The notes under the pieces are model-generated. The model was not told where the DNA came from. It searched no databases and was given only the letters and a program-made list of their open reading frames with translations. Positions 38,369 to 49,732 of a stretch of DNA of 64,000 nt are shown piece by piece. The translations under genes and the position numbers were made by a program. The stretch's first letter is position 1, and each line of letters begins with the position of its first letter. The stretch comes from Malacoraja senta (lineage: Eukaryota): contig CM075995.1 in the NCBI GenBank assembly GCA_038087875.1, positions 6,388,001 through 6,452,000 on the forward strand, given 5' to 3'.

Positions 38369-39205
38369 AGGCGGCACGGTGGTGCAGCGGTAGAGTTGCT
38401 GCCTTCCCAACGCTAGAGACTCGGGTTCGATCCTGACCACGGGTGGTGTCTGAACGGGATTTGTACATTCCCCCTGTGACCATGTGGGTTTACTCCAGGT
38501 GCTCCCAGTTCCTCTACATTCTAATGATGTGCAAGTTTTTAGATTAATTAGCTTAGTTAAAATTGTAAATTGTCCCTAGTGTATAGCATAGTGCTAGTGT
38601 ACATAGATGCATAGATAATAGGTGCATGAGTAGGCCATTCGACCCACTTTGAGCCAGCACCGCCATTTAATGTGATCATGGCTAATCATTCACAATCAGT
38701 ACCCCGTTCCTGCTTTCTCCCCATATCCCTTGATCTAGCTAGCCCAAAGAGCTCGATCTAATTCTCCTTTGAATGCATCCAGAGAATTGGCCTCCACTGT
38801 CTTCTAAAGTAAAGAATTCCACAAATTCACAGCACTCTGTGTGAAAAGGTTTTTCCTCATCTCAATTCTAACTGGCCTACCCCTTATTCTTATACTGTGG
38901 CCCCTGTTTTCAAGACTCCCCCAACATCGGGAACATGTTTCCTGCATCTAGCATGTCCAATTCCTTAATTTTATGTTTCTATAAGATCCTTTCTCATCCT
39001 TCTAACTTCCAGTGAATACAAGCCCAGTCGCTCCATTCTTTTATCATATGGCAATCCCGCCATCCCGGGAATTAACCTCGTGAACCTACACTGCACTCCC
39101 TCAATAGCACGAATGTCCTTCCTCAAATTAGGTGTATGGAGATCGTTGGTCGACGCGGTCTCTGGGCCAAAGGGCGTGTTTCCGTGTTGTATCTCTAAAG
39201 TTTTT
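38369..39205 (+). mobile_element. V-SINE split by an antisense CR1 3' fragment (~38603-39131)
   Basis: SINE runs to gtgctagtgtac, the minus-strand CR1 follows, and the SINE tail resumes gtgtatggagatcgttggtcg. Confidence 0.8.
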
Positions 39206-41344
39206 TAGTCTATATCCTGAGTTGCAGGGTCTGGACTAGTGAAGAATATGTGGACAGAATGGAACAGAATCACATATTCACATATTACATATTTGTGGGA
39301 GGAAAAAAACAAACAGCAATTTTAAAAAGACACCACACAACAGTAAATTGGTACAGTAAAGTTAGTCCCTGGTGACCCAAGTACCATCTAGCTGAAGGGG
39401 GGGGGGGTGGTCTGGAGTGGATTTTGTTTCTGCTAAAGTCGGCAAGATGAGTTTTTGGATGAGCTCCGGATCAATGGAACAGCAGTGGAGAATATGTCTG
39501 AGGGTAGCGTGGCATGGTTGCGCAGAGGTAGATTTACAGGTCCCTGGTAGCTTACAGCACCAGGGACCCTGGTTCGATCCCGACTACGGATGCTGTCTAT
39601 ACAGAGCTTGTACGTTCTCCCCGTGACCGAGTGGGTTTTCTCCGAGATTTTCAGTTTTCTCCCACACTCAGAGATGTAAAGGTTTGTAAGTTAATTGGTT
39701 TGGTATAAATGTAAATTGTCCATAATGTATGTAGGATAGTGTTAATGTGCAGGGATCGCTGGTCGGTGAGGACTCGGTGTGCAGATGGGGTTGATTCCAC
39801 GCTGTCTCTAATGCTAAAATAAAGGATGGTTTAAACCTCAAATAAACCAAGGGTGGAGAATCAGGCAATGTTATGAAGGCGGAGATAATGATGACGTGGT
39901 CTGGAACTCACTTTGGGATCTGAAGGTTGGTTCATTGTTAGACAGTTGACGTGAAGAAGAGTAAATCTTGTCGCTTGGTGAAGGGCTTTGGTGACTGGGC
40001 ATACCGTTGCAATATTTATAGTGGGGCTGAGAGGGGGGAAAAGATTTAATAGGAACTAATATACAGGAGAATGGGGTTGAGAGAGAAAGATAGATCGGCC
40101 ATGATTGAATGGCAGATCAATAGACCGAATGGCCTTATTCTGCCCCTATGTCATGAACTTGAGGGGCAACTTTTCTACACATAGGATGATGGGTGTATGG
40201 AACGAGCAGCTGGAGGAGGTAGTTGAGGCAGGTCCAATCGCAATGTTTAAGAAACATTTGGACAGGTACATGGATAGGACAGGTTTAGAGGGATGCGGGC
40301 AGGTGGGGCTAGTGTAGATGAGACATGTTGGGCTGTGTAGGCAAGGTTGGGTTGAAGGGCCCGTTTCCAAGCTGTATGACTCTTATAATGCCTTTCAAAA
40401 CACATGCATTTTCACACCCACAGCTTTCCAGTTTTGAGATGCAATGCATGGAAGATTTTGAAAGTCTGATGTTTGTTTTTCCTCTATTATTACTTGTATT
40501 TCCATGTAAATTGTTGTTCCACTTTAACATCATTGTGAAAACGCAGATCATTTACGTAGTCTATGGTTAGTTCTGGAATCTTGCTCCTCTGGTTTGAAAC
40601 AACCACCTTGCCTCTAGCGTTAAAGGTCATAGGAGAGCTCAATTGCATGCTTCAGCTGATCTGATTGAAAAATATGGACATGCTTCTTTAACCATTTGCA
40701 GATTAGACTTTAGAGATACAACACGGTGGCGCAGCGGTAGAGTTACTGCCTTACAGTCAGACCCGGGTTTGATCCTGACTGCGGATCCTGGGACTGGGTT
40801 TGATCCTGTCTGTACAGAGTTTGTACGTTCTCCCCGTGACCTGCGTGGGTTTTCTCTACAATCTCCAGTTTCCTCCCACACTCCCAAAATGTACAGGTTT
40901 GTAGGTTAAATGGCTCAGTATAAGTGTAAATTGTCCTAGTGTGTGTAGGATAGTGTTGGTGTGCGGGGATCGCTGGTCAGCACGGACTCTGTGGGCTGAA
41001 AGGCTGTATCTCTAAACGAAAGTAAACTAAACAGGGAAACAGACATTCGGTCCACATAGTGCGTGCCAACCAGCGATCATCGTACAGTAACACTATAATT
41101 TACAATTTTATCGAAGCCAATTAAAACTTTTGAGTGTGGGAGGAAACCGGAGCACCTGGAGAAACCCCACGCAGGACAGGGGGAGAATGTACAAACTCCG
41201 TATAGACAGCAGCCGTAGTCAGGATCGAACCTGGGCCTCTCATGCAGTAAAGCAGCAATTCTACCGCTGCATCACTCTGCCGCCCTACAGATGATCTTGC
41301 AGATGTGAATTTCACAACAGAAGATATTATCTTGATGAAACATG

Positions 41345-41800
41345 TACACTCAGCTAAAAAAGGTGCAGTGACTATTTATGATGATGTTGCCAGGGCCTGA
41401 GCTATAGGGAGAGGTTGACCAGGCTAGGACTTTTTTCTTGGAGCGCAGGAGGATGAGGGGTGTTCTTATAGATGTGTACAAAATCATGAGAGGAATAGAT
41501 CCGGTCGACAGAGGGGAAATTGAGAACATAGGTTGAGGGTGGGGGGGGGGGGGGGGGAGGAGATTTAATAGGAACCTGAGGGGTAACATTTTCACTAAGG
41601 GTGGTGGGTGTATGGAACAAGCTGCCAGAGGAGGTAGTTGAGGCAGGTACTATCGCAACGTTTAAGAAACATTTAGACAGTTACATGGATAGGACAGATT
41701 TAGAAGGATATGGGCCAAACGCAGGCAGGTGGGACTAGTGTAGATGGGGCATGTTGGTCGATGTGGACAAGTTGGGTCGAAGGGCCTGTTTCCACACTTT
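41345..41800 (+). mobile_element. CR1 LINE 3' end (V-SINE partner type)
   Basis: Ends gggactagtgtagatggggcatgttggtcg..gggtcgaagggcctgtttccacact, the same terminal motif as the SINE tail. Confidence 0.85.
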
Positions 41801-41808
41801 GACTATTA

Positions 41809-42029
41809 CAACTGCGACTCGACGTACGATGGGGTTACGTTCCGATAAAACCAAAGTAAAACGAAAATATCGTAAGTCGATAACGCAATATCGTAAGTCG
41901 AAAATGCATTTAATACAATTTGATCATTTGACCGGAAGTGACGTGCGGCTCGTTGCCTTTGCCCAGAGTTTGCACCATCACAAAGTCGAAACATCGTAAG
42001 TCGAAGCATCGTAAATAGGGGAGCATCTG
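41809..42029. mobile_element. Tigger5/MER47-like (TcMar-pogo) MITE
   Basis: TA flanks (41807-8, 42030-1), imperfect TIRs, repeated atcgtaagtcga; tacgatggggttacgttccgataaa..aatatcgtaagtcgaaaatgcatttaataca resembles Tigger5 ends (from memory). Confidence 0.75.
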
Positions 42030-42539
42030 TACGCAATCAAAAAGTAGTGTGTTTGAAACTTTGCAACATTAGGTCCTACTTAACAAACCCAGATTCATTT
42101 TTACTTGAAACTGGAATTATTTTCTTAGACGACATTGGCATCCTGCCAAAACTGCTTTATTATCTTATAATGTCTATAGTGCATAATCTATAGTTAATGA
42201 TTTATATAGTTGCTGGAAAGGATGTGCCACTGGAAATGTTAGATACTAAGTGCTCAGGTGGTAATTTTCGTTTTAGTCCTGAATATTGGCCTGCGGACCT
42301 CATGAAAAGCCTGTGAAGACCTGGATAGAGAGGATGTGGAGAGGATGTTTCCACTTGTGGGAGAGACCAGGACCAGAGCCTCAGAATTAAAGGATGTTCC
42401 TATAGGAAGGAGATGAGGAGGGATTTCTTCAGCCAGATGGTTGTGAATCTGTGGAATTCTTTGCCACAGAAGGCTGTTGAGGCCGTCAATGGATATTTTT
42501 AAGGCGGAGATTGATAAATTCTTGAACAGTGTCAGGGGT

Positions 42540-42733
42540 TGTTTAAGAAAGAAATGCAGATGTTGGAAAAATCAAAGGTAGACAAAAAATGCTGGAGAAA
42601 CTCAGCGGGCGAGGCAGCATCTATGGAGAGAAGGAATCTGAAGAAGGGTCTCGACCCGAAACATCGCCAATTCCTTCTCTCCACAGATGCTGCCTCACCT
42701 GCTGAGTTTCTCCAGTGTTTTTTGTCAACCTTC
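42540..42733. mobile_element. Penelope-like inverted pair inserted in a CR1 3' UTR
   Basis: Inverted arms; flanked by gtgtcaggggtt / gtgtcggggtt (TSD-like); hammerhead motif at 42638-42665. Confidence 0.85.
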
Positions 42734-42974
42734 GGGTGTCGGGGTTATGGGGAGAAGGCAGGAGAATGGAGTTGAGAATGAAAGATAGATCAGCCATGAT
42801 TGAATGGCAGAGTAGACTAAATGGACTGAATGCCCTAATTCTGCTCCTAGAACTTATAAATGCAAGAAAGGGGTTCTCTTGTAGAGTCGGCCTGGACACT
42901 TTGTTTGTGAACCAGCATCTGCAGTTCCTTGCATCCAACATTTAATGTTTATTTAAACTCAAATAAACATTAAA

Positions 42975-43520
42975 TGTTTATTGACACGTGTACCTAGGTG
43001 CAGTGAAAGGTATTTGTTGCGTGCTTACCAGTCAGCGGAAAGACAAAACATGATTACAATCGAGCCATCTACAGTGTTCAGATACATAATGAAGTGGATA
43101 AAGTTTAGTGCAATGTAAAGTCCAATCAAAGATAGTCCGAGGGTCTCCAATGAGGTGGATGGTAGTTCAGGACTGCTCTCTAGTTGTTGGTAAGATGGTC
43201 CAGTTGCCACATAACAGCTGGGAAGAAACTGTCCCTTAATCTGGAGGTGTGCATTTTCACACTTCTATACCTTTTGCCCAATGGGAGAGGGGAGAAGAAG
43301 GAGTGGCCGGGGTGCGACTCATCGTTGATTATGCTGCTGGCCTTGCCGAGGCAGCGTGAGGTGTAAATGGAGCCAATGGAAGGTTGGTTGTGTGATCGTC
43401 TGGACTGCGTCCACAATTCTCTTTAATTTCTTGCTGTTTTGGATGGAGATGTTCCAAAACCATGCTGTGATGCATCCTGAGTTTATATGGCACATCTGTA
43501 GAAGTTGTTGAGAGATTTTT
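42975..43520 (-). mobile_element. Rex1/Babar LINE 3' end
   Basis: ORF 43180..43416: SIYTSRCLGKASSIINDESHPGHSFFSPLPLGKRYRSVK. Confidence 0.88.
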
Positions 43521-43909
43521 GGAACCCGAGGGGAATTTTTTTTTAACGCAAAACTGAAGCTGGTATATGAAAAGGGCAGCCAGAGGAGGTAGTTGAGGCA
43601 GGTACTATAATAGTATTTAAACAATAGTTGGACAGGAACATTGATAGGAAAGGTTGAGAGAGATACATACATATGGTATTAGCTTAGATGGGGCATTTTG
43701 GTTGGCATGGACATATTGGGCCGAAGGACCTGTTCCTGGCTGTATGAGTCTCTATGATTCCATGAGTCATGCAGCGTGTAAACAGGCCCATCGGCCCAAC
43801 TTGCCCACCGACCAACGTTCCCATCGACACTAATCCCACCTGCCATCATTTGGCCCATATCCCTCTAAACCTGTCCTATCCATGTATCTGTCTAAATGTT
43901 TCTTAAATT

Positions 43910-44566
43910 AGGGCAGCACGGTTGCGCAGCTGTAGAGTTGCTGCCTTACAGCGCCAGAGACCCGGGTTCGATCCTAACTACAAGTGATGTCTCTGCAGAG
44001 TTTGCACGTTCCCCCTGTGACCGCGTGGGTTTTCTCCGGGTGCTCCGGTTTCTTCCCACACTCCAAAGATAGATATGTAGGTTGATTGGCCTTGGTAAAA
44101 ATTCTAAATTGCCCCGAGTGTATAGGATAGTGCTAGTGTACCGGGCGATCGCTGGTGGGTGCCAACTCGGTGGGCCGAAGGTCCTTTTTCTAAATGCATT
44201 GCATCCTTAAACAAAACTAAACTGAAATTGACCTGGTACACCAAAAATAATTGTTATGTTTAGTTTGGTTTGGAGATACAGCACGGAATCAGGCCCTTCA
44301 GCCCACCGAGTCCATGCTGACCAGCGATCCCCGAACACTATCCTACTAGGACAATTCCTACTGTCCCTAGAACTAGGGACAATTTACAATTTCAAGCGAG
44401 TGAACCTACAAACCTGTACGTCTTTGGCGTGTGGGAGGAAACTGGAGATCCTGGAGAAAACACGCAGGTCACGGGGAGAATGTACAAGCTCCGTACGGAC
44501 AGCACTCGTAGTCAGGATCGATCCCGGGTCTCTGGTGCTGTGAGGCAACAACTCTACTGCTGCGCC
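43910..44566. mobile_element. Tail-to-tail V-SINE pair
   Basis: Plus copy ~43910-44225, minus copy ~44258-44566. Confidence 0.85.
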
Positions 44567-44997
44567 TGTACTGCCTGTTGTTGGGTAAATTAATGTTTTT
44601 ATTGATTTTCTAACAACTTCTTACAAGAACCATGCCATGTACCAAGATTTTTGCCAAGATTGTATGCGTCAGAAAGTAGGATGTGCTTTATTGGATAATT
44701 TGTGCAGCCTACAAGCGGCTTTCTAAGTGGGCTCAGACCCATATTGTCAGTACCAGGTGGGCATTTCCATGCTTTCTTTGTGGCCTTTAAGTCGCTGGAC
44801 CCGTGAGGTTAAATGCAGCTATCTCCCTGCACAGATGTTACTTGACCAAAACGCAGTGCTGCAGGAATTCAGCGGGTCGGGCAGCATCTGTGGAGAGAGT
44901 GGACAGGCGATGTTTTGCGTCGGGACATCTCTGCTACTTGACCAGCGGAGTATTTTAAATTTTGGTTTCTGGTAAGTCCCAAGTTTGCAGTGAGATT

Positions 44998-45118
44998 CTG
45001 TGTCCGTGTGTATGTCTCTGTCTTTCTGTGCACGTGCGTGCGTGTCTTTCTATCTGTGTGTGTGTGTGTCTCTCTCTCTGTCTGTTTGTGTGTGTCTGTG
45101 TCTGTGTGTGTGTCTCTG
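44998..45118. repeat. Compound (TG)/(TC) microsatellite
   Basis: Seen directly. Confidence 0.9.
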
Positions 45119-45519
45119 GGAAATGGTCATTGCACAGAGTGCTGCATTGGGTATGTAAACACACACACACCAAGAGAAGGGATGGATGTTGCAGTGGGGA
45201 TGTCTGTTTGAAGATTCTTCCAGTGGTCTTGGTGAACAGAGTAGTTTACTTTAGCCTTTTGCTTTGTTGGTTGTGCAAAGGATGCTTTGACAATTGCTGA
45301 TATTAACCCTCGCCTTTTTTGTTAACAGCAGTGTTATAGAGCCAGTAATTTATTGATTTGTCCCGGCCCTTGTCACTTGTTGCTGTAGCTTTCTCAGTGA
45401 TGGATTATGTATGGAACTGCTCTGCTCTTCTCCCCCCCCCCCCCCTCCCCCCACACTACTGGAGCATGACTTCCTCTTTACACATGTTCTAAAGGGCAGT
45501 ACTGTTGATTAGTTTAATT

Positions 45520-45719
45520 NNNNNNNNNNNNNNNNNNNNNNNNNNNNNNNNNNNNNNNNNNNNNNNNNNNNNNNNNNNNNNNNNNNNNNNNNNNNNNNNN
45601 NNNNNNNNNNNNNNNNNNNNNNNNNNNNNNNNNNNNNNNNNNNNNNNNNNNNNNNNNNNNNNNNNNNNNNNNNNNNNNNNNNNNNNNNNNNNNNNNNNNN
45701 NNNNNNNNNNNNNNNNNNN
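45520..45719. other. Assembly gap (200 N)
   Basis: Run of exactly 200 N; true gap size unknown. Confidence 1.
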
Positions 45720-46353
45720 ACCCAGGTTTCGTGATCCCGACTATGGGTGCTATCTGTACGGAGTTTGTCGTTCTCACCGTGAACGTGTTGGGGTTTCTCT
45801 GAGATCTTCGGTTTCCTCCCACACTCCAAAGACGTACAGGTATGTAAGTTGTCCCTAGTGTGTCGGGTAGTGTTAGGTGTGCGGGGATCGCTGGTCGGTG
45901 CGGACTTGGGTGGGCCGAAGGGCCTGTTTCAGTGCTGTATCTCTAAACTAAACTGAACACAATACTCTAAAATGCGGCCTCAACCAACGTTTTATACAAC
46001 TGCAACATTTATCAGTTCTTAATATTCTGAAATAGAATGTATTCAGCAGTGAGGACAACAAATGAAACCTGACTCTTCCCAGATCCCAACTCGTAAATCA
46101 GTCACTTCGAGAAATTTTGTAATTACGTCTCGAGTCGTTTGAATTTCACGGGTTGAATAGTTACAGCTGGTCGGTTGCTCATGCTGAACGCGGGCATCTA
46201 TGATTTAAAAGGATAGTTTAGTTTATTGCCATGTGTACAGAGGTACAGTGAAAAGCTTTTGTTGTGTGCTACCAGTCAGTGGAAAGACAATACATGATTA
46301 CAATCGAGCCATGTACAGTGTACTGATACATGATAAGGGAGTAACGTTTAGTG

Positions 46354-47353
46354 CAGGGGTCGGCAACCTTGTTCTGCATAGGGGCCAGGACGCATGTCTG
46401 TGAGCGGATGGCGGGCCACATCTATCATCTGTACACGATGGATCCCGCCCCAGATGGCAGGCATCAAATCACGTGTTCGCATAGATCCCACCCTTCTAGG
46501 ACGCCACCCGGAGCATCTGGCCCCCAAAGATCCTATCGCAAGCAAGATAGATCACTTGACAAAAAACATGTAGTACGGTCATGGGCAGATTCATGGGTAA
46601 TTTTAGGCCCCATTTTAGGCCCCATTTCCGTAACCGCTTCCGTCTCCGCACCAAAGATCCCATGAGTGGAGCAAAGATAACTAGTGCGGAGACGGAAGCC
46701 GGTTACAGAAACATCCTCGTAAAAATAAAAGTTATGTGGTAAAAATCTTCTCCTCATTTTCAGAATTATAATTTATTAACACAAACTGTTCCCACCGCAA
46801 CGTTGATTACACTGCGAGTCGGGTCCCGGTTACGGAAATGGATGGGAAAAAAATGCCCACGTTCCGTTCCGTTGCGTACTACACATCAGCCCATTGCATT
46901 TAGCAGGAGTGATCTATCTTGCTCCGCTATAGGATCTTTGCTGACCCCCTAGCTACGGGCGCTCATGAACATGGCGCACCTACGGACCATTGCCTTGGCT
47001 CTGTCCTGAAGGCAGTGGCTCAAATACTCTCACTCATCCCTGCCTATTGACAACCCCGATCCCGACAGTGAAGCCCAGACGCAGAAGGTGCGCGGCCGTG
47101 CCGGCGGCTTTGCGCAGGATGTGGTACAGCCAGAGCTCGGCGCTGCTCGGCAACTCCGCCATTGCGGCTGCCAGCGCAGGTCTCCTTGCGTCACCCGCGC
47201 CTGGGCGCCGCGGCCGTCGGGACCTGGGAGATACCGCAGATGACGGAAGTCTGCAGGCCAGGTAATTATGGCAAAAAGAAATACACCTGCGGGCCGGATG
47301 ATGTTGGGTTACGGGCCGCATTCGGCCCGGGGGCCGTAGGTTGCCGACCCCTG
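46354..47353. mobile_element. Non-autonomous hAT (Charlie-like) transposon
   Basis: Perfect 16-bp TIR caggggtcggcaacct; perfect 8-bp TSD gtttagtg (46346-53, 47354-61); cggccc/gggccg subterminal repeats. Confidence 0.95.
46525..46940. mobile_element. Nested MITE with 8-bp TSD (P-element-like or hAT)
   Basis: ~33-bp imperfect TIR starting caaagatcctat and ending agcaagatagatcact; TSD ctggcccc / ctgacccc. Confidence 0.85.
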
Positions 47354-47877
47354 GTTTAGTGCAAGGTAAAGTCCGATAGTGCGATAGTAGCTCAGGACCG
47401 CTCTCTGGTTGTGGTAGGATGATTCAGTTGCCTGATAACAGCTGGGATGAAACAGTCCCTGAATCTGGAGTTGTGCGTTTTCCACACTTCTGTACCTTTT
47501 GCCTGATGGGAGAGGGTGAAGAGGGAGTGGCCGGGGTGCATCTCGTCCTTGATTATACTGCTGGAAGAATGCTGAGGAAGGATGTGCTGGCGCAGCAGAG
47601 GGTCCAGAGGAGGTTTATGAGAATGATCCCAGGAATGGGTAGGTTAATGGTGAACGTTTGATGCCACAGGGGCCTGTACTCGCTGGAGTTTAGAAGGATG
47701 AGGGGGAACCTCATTGAAACATAGAATAGTGAGTCTAGGACCAGAGGCCATTGCCTCAGAATTAAAGGACCTTCCTTTAGGAAGGAGATGCATAAGAATT
47801 TATTTTGTCAGAGGGTGGTGAATCTGTGGAATTCATTGCCACTGGAGGCTGTGTAGACCAAGTCAATGGATATTTTA

Positions 47878-48141
47878 TAGAATCATAGAATCATAGAAAG
47901 TAGGTGCGAGAGCAGACCACCAGGTCCATCGAGCCCGCACCGCCATTTCGCTCATGGCTGAACACCAAACAAAACACCCCTACCCACAAACAGTAGACAC
48001 AAGACACAGAACACAAGACACTACCCTCCCCTTTATAACCGCTATCACCCCTCTCCACCCCAAGAACCCGCGTGATCTCCTGGGGGAGGCAAAAAAACGG
48101 ATAAAAACCCAGGTCCAATTCGGGAAAAAAATCCGGGAAAT
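47878..48141 (-). mobile_element. Distinct CR1-type 3' UTR fragment inserted in another CR1
   Basis: (ttctatga)n tail on the minus strand; interrupts the host CR1 (~47570-48300) at ggatatttt. Confidence 0.6.
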
Positions 48142-48382
48142 GACGGGGATTGACAGATTCTTGATTAGTAAGGGCGTCAGAAGTTATGGGGAGTAGGCAG
48201 GAGAATGAGTTGAGAGGGAAAGATAGATCAGCCATGATTGAATGGTGGAGTAGACTTGATGTGACGAATGGCCTAATTCTGCTCCTAGAACTTATGAACA
48301 TAAATGTTTTAGTGTGTCTGTGAGAGACTATGAATTTGTTCTTAGTCGAGTAGGTTTCTCTAGCTTTACGCATCTGCATTAA

Positions 48383-48473
48383 TGTCTGAAGAAGGGTCTC
48401 GAACCGAAACGTCACCCATTCCTACTCTCCAGAGATGCTCCCGCTGAGTTACTCCAGCATTTTGTGTTTATCT
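48383..48473 (+). mobile_element. Minimal Penelope-like insertion (hammerhead plus terminus)
   Basis: 48386-48413 reads CTGAAGAAGGGTCTCGAACCGAAACGTC; 10-bp TSD tctgcattaa (48373-82, 48474-83). Confidence 0.85.
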
Positions 48474-48483
48474 TCTGCATTAA

Positions 48484-48560
48484 CCTGTTCACTGCCAAGA
48501 TCTTCTTTCACTTGTTGCACTCTGACCCGAGTGTACTCCGGGAGGCTGGCACTGAACAGG
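48484..48560. mobile_element. 77-bp piggyBac-like MITE
   Basis: TTAA on both sides; 14-bp TIR cctgttcactgcca / tggcactgaacagg with 1 mismatch. Confidence 0.65.
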
Positions 48561-49255
48561 TTAATGTTTGGTTTTGTTGCTTATTGAGCTATTTAATTCT
48601 GAAATCCCCAGACTGTTGCCCTTTTAAGAAAGCGGAATATCTACAAATAATTGTAACTGAGCCTACAGAGGAAGTGTGGAATTGTTACCTAGTGTCTGGG
48701 ATTCTTGAATTTAAAGGTTGAATTTGATAGTTGTCTGATATTAATCACCAACCTTAAGATTTTCTTTGGACAGACACAGAGTGCTGGATTAACTCAGTGG
48801 GTCAGGCAGCATCTCTGGAGAACTTGGATAGGTGATGTCATGGGTTGGTATCCTTCTTCACACCTCATAGTTTGCTGGAGCAACTCAGTCTTTTGGGACA
48901 TAGTGCAGCACTATTGGGTGGCACGGAGGTCGAGTTGCTGCCTCACAGCGCCAGAGACCTGTGTTCGATCCTGACTAAGGGTGCTGTCTATATGGAGTTT
49001 GTACGTTCTCCCTGTGACCTGTTTTCTCCTGGAAACTCCGGTTTCCTCCTGGAAGCTCCGGTTTTCCTCCCACACTCCAAAGACGTATAGATTTGTAGAT
49101 TAATTGACTTCGGTATAATTGTACATTTTCACGTGTGTGTAAGTAAATGTGCGAAGAACACTGGTCGGTGCGGACTCGGTGGGCCGAAGGACCACTAAAA
49201 CCAAGAACAGGCCCTTCAGCCCACAATGTCTGTGCCAAAAATGATGACAGGACCA

Positions 49256-49305
49256 TCTCCCTCTGTCTCTCTCTCTGTCTCTCTCTCTGTCTCCTACTCT
49301 GTCTC

Positions 49306-49358
<53 letters not shown>

Positions 49359-49414
49359 GTCTCTCTCTCTCTCGTCTCTAGTCCTCTCCTCTCTCTCTCC
49401 TGTCTCTCTCTCTG

Positions 49415-49450
<36 letters not shown>

Positions 49451-49637
49451 GAATTTGTGTAGGATGGAACAGGAAGGGTCTTGATTACTGTCTGCCTCTC
49501 TCTATCTGTCTTGTCTGTCTCTGTCTCTCTCTCTGACTCTCTCTCTCTCTCTGTCTCTCTGTTTCTGTCTCTGTTTCTGTCTCTCTGTCTCTCTGTCTCT
49601 GTCTCTGTCTCTTTCTGTCTCTCTGTCTCTCTCTCTC

Positions 49638-49725
<88 letters not shown>

Positions 49726-49732
49726 GTTTCTG
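49256..49732. repeat. Long (CT)n/(CTGT) microsatellite with a ~39-nt insert
   Basis: Seen directly; insert at 49449-49487. Confidence 0.95.

Larger units (their letters stand above)
46215..47565 (-). mobile_element. Rex1/Babar 3' end interrupted by a DNA transposon
   Basis: Tail at 46215-46353 continues seamlessly at 47354 (gtttagtgcaaggtaaagtcc). Confidence 0.85.

Noticed and set aside
45505..45858. ORFs across the N run
   Set aside because: Artefact of the assembly gap.
46960..47340. CpG-island promoter or GC-rich exon
   Set aside because: Lies wholly inside the TIR/TSD-defined hAT element. The same applies to the GC-rich 23109-23500 segment in the pogo MITE.
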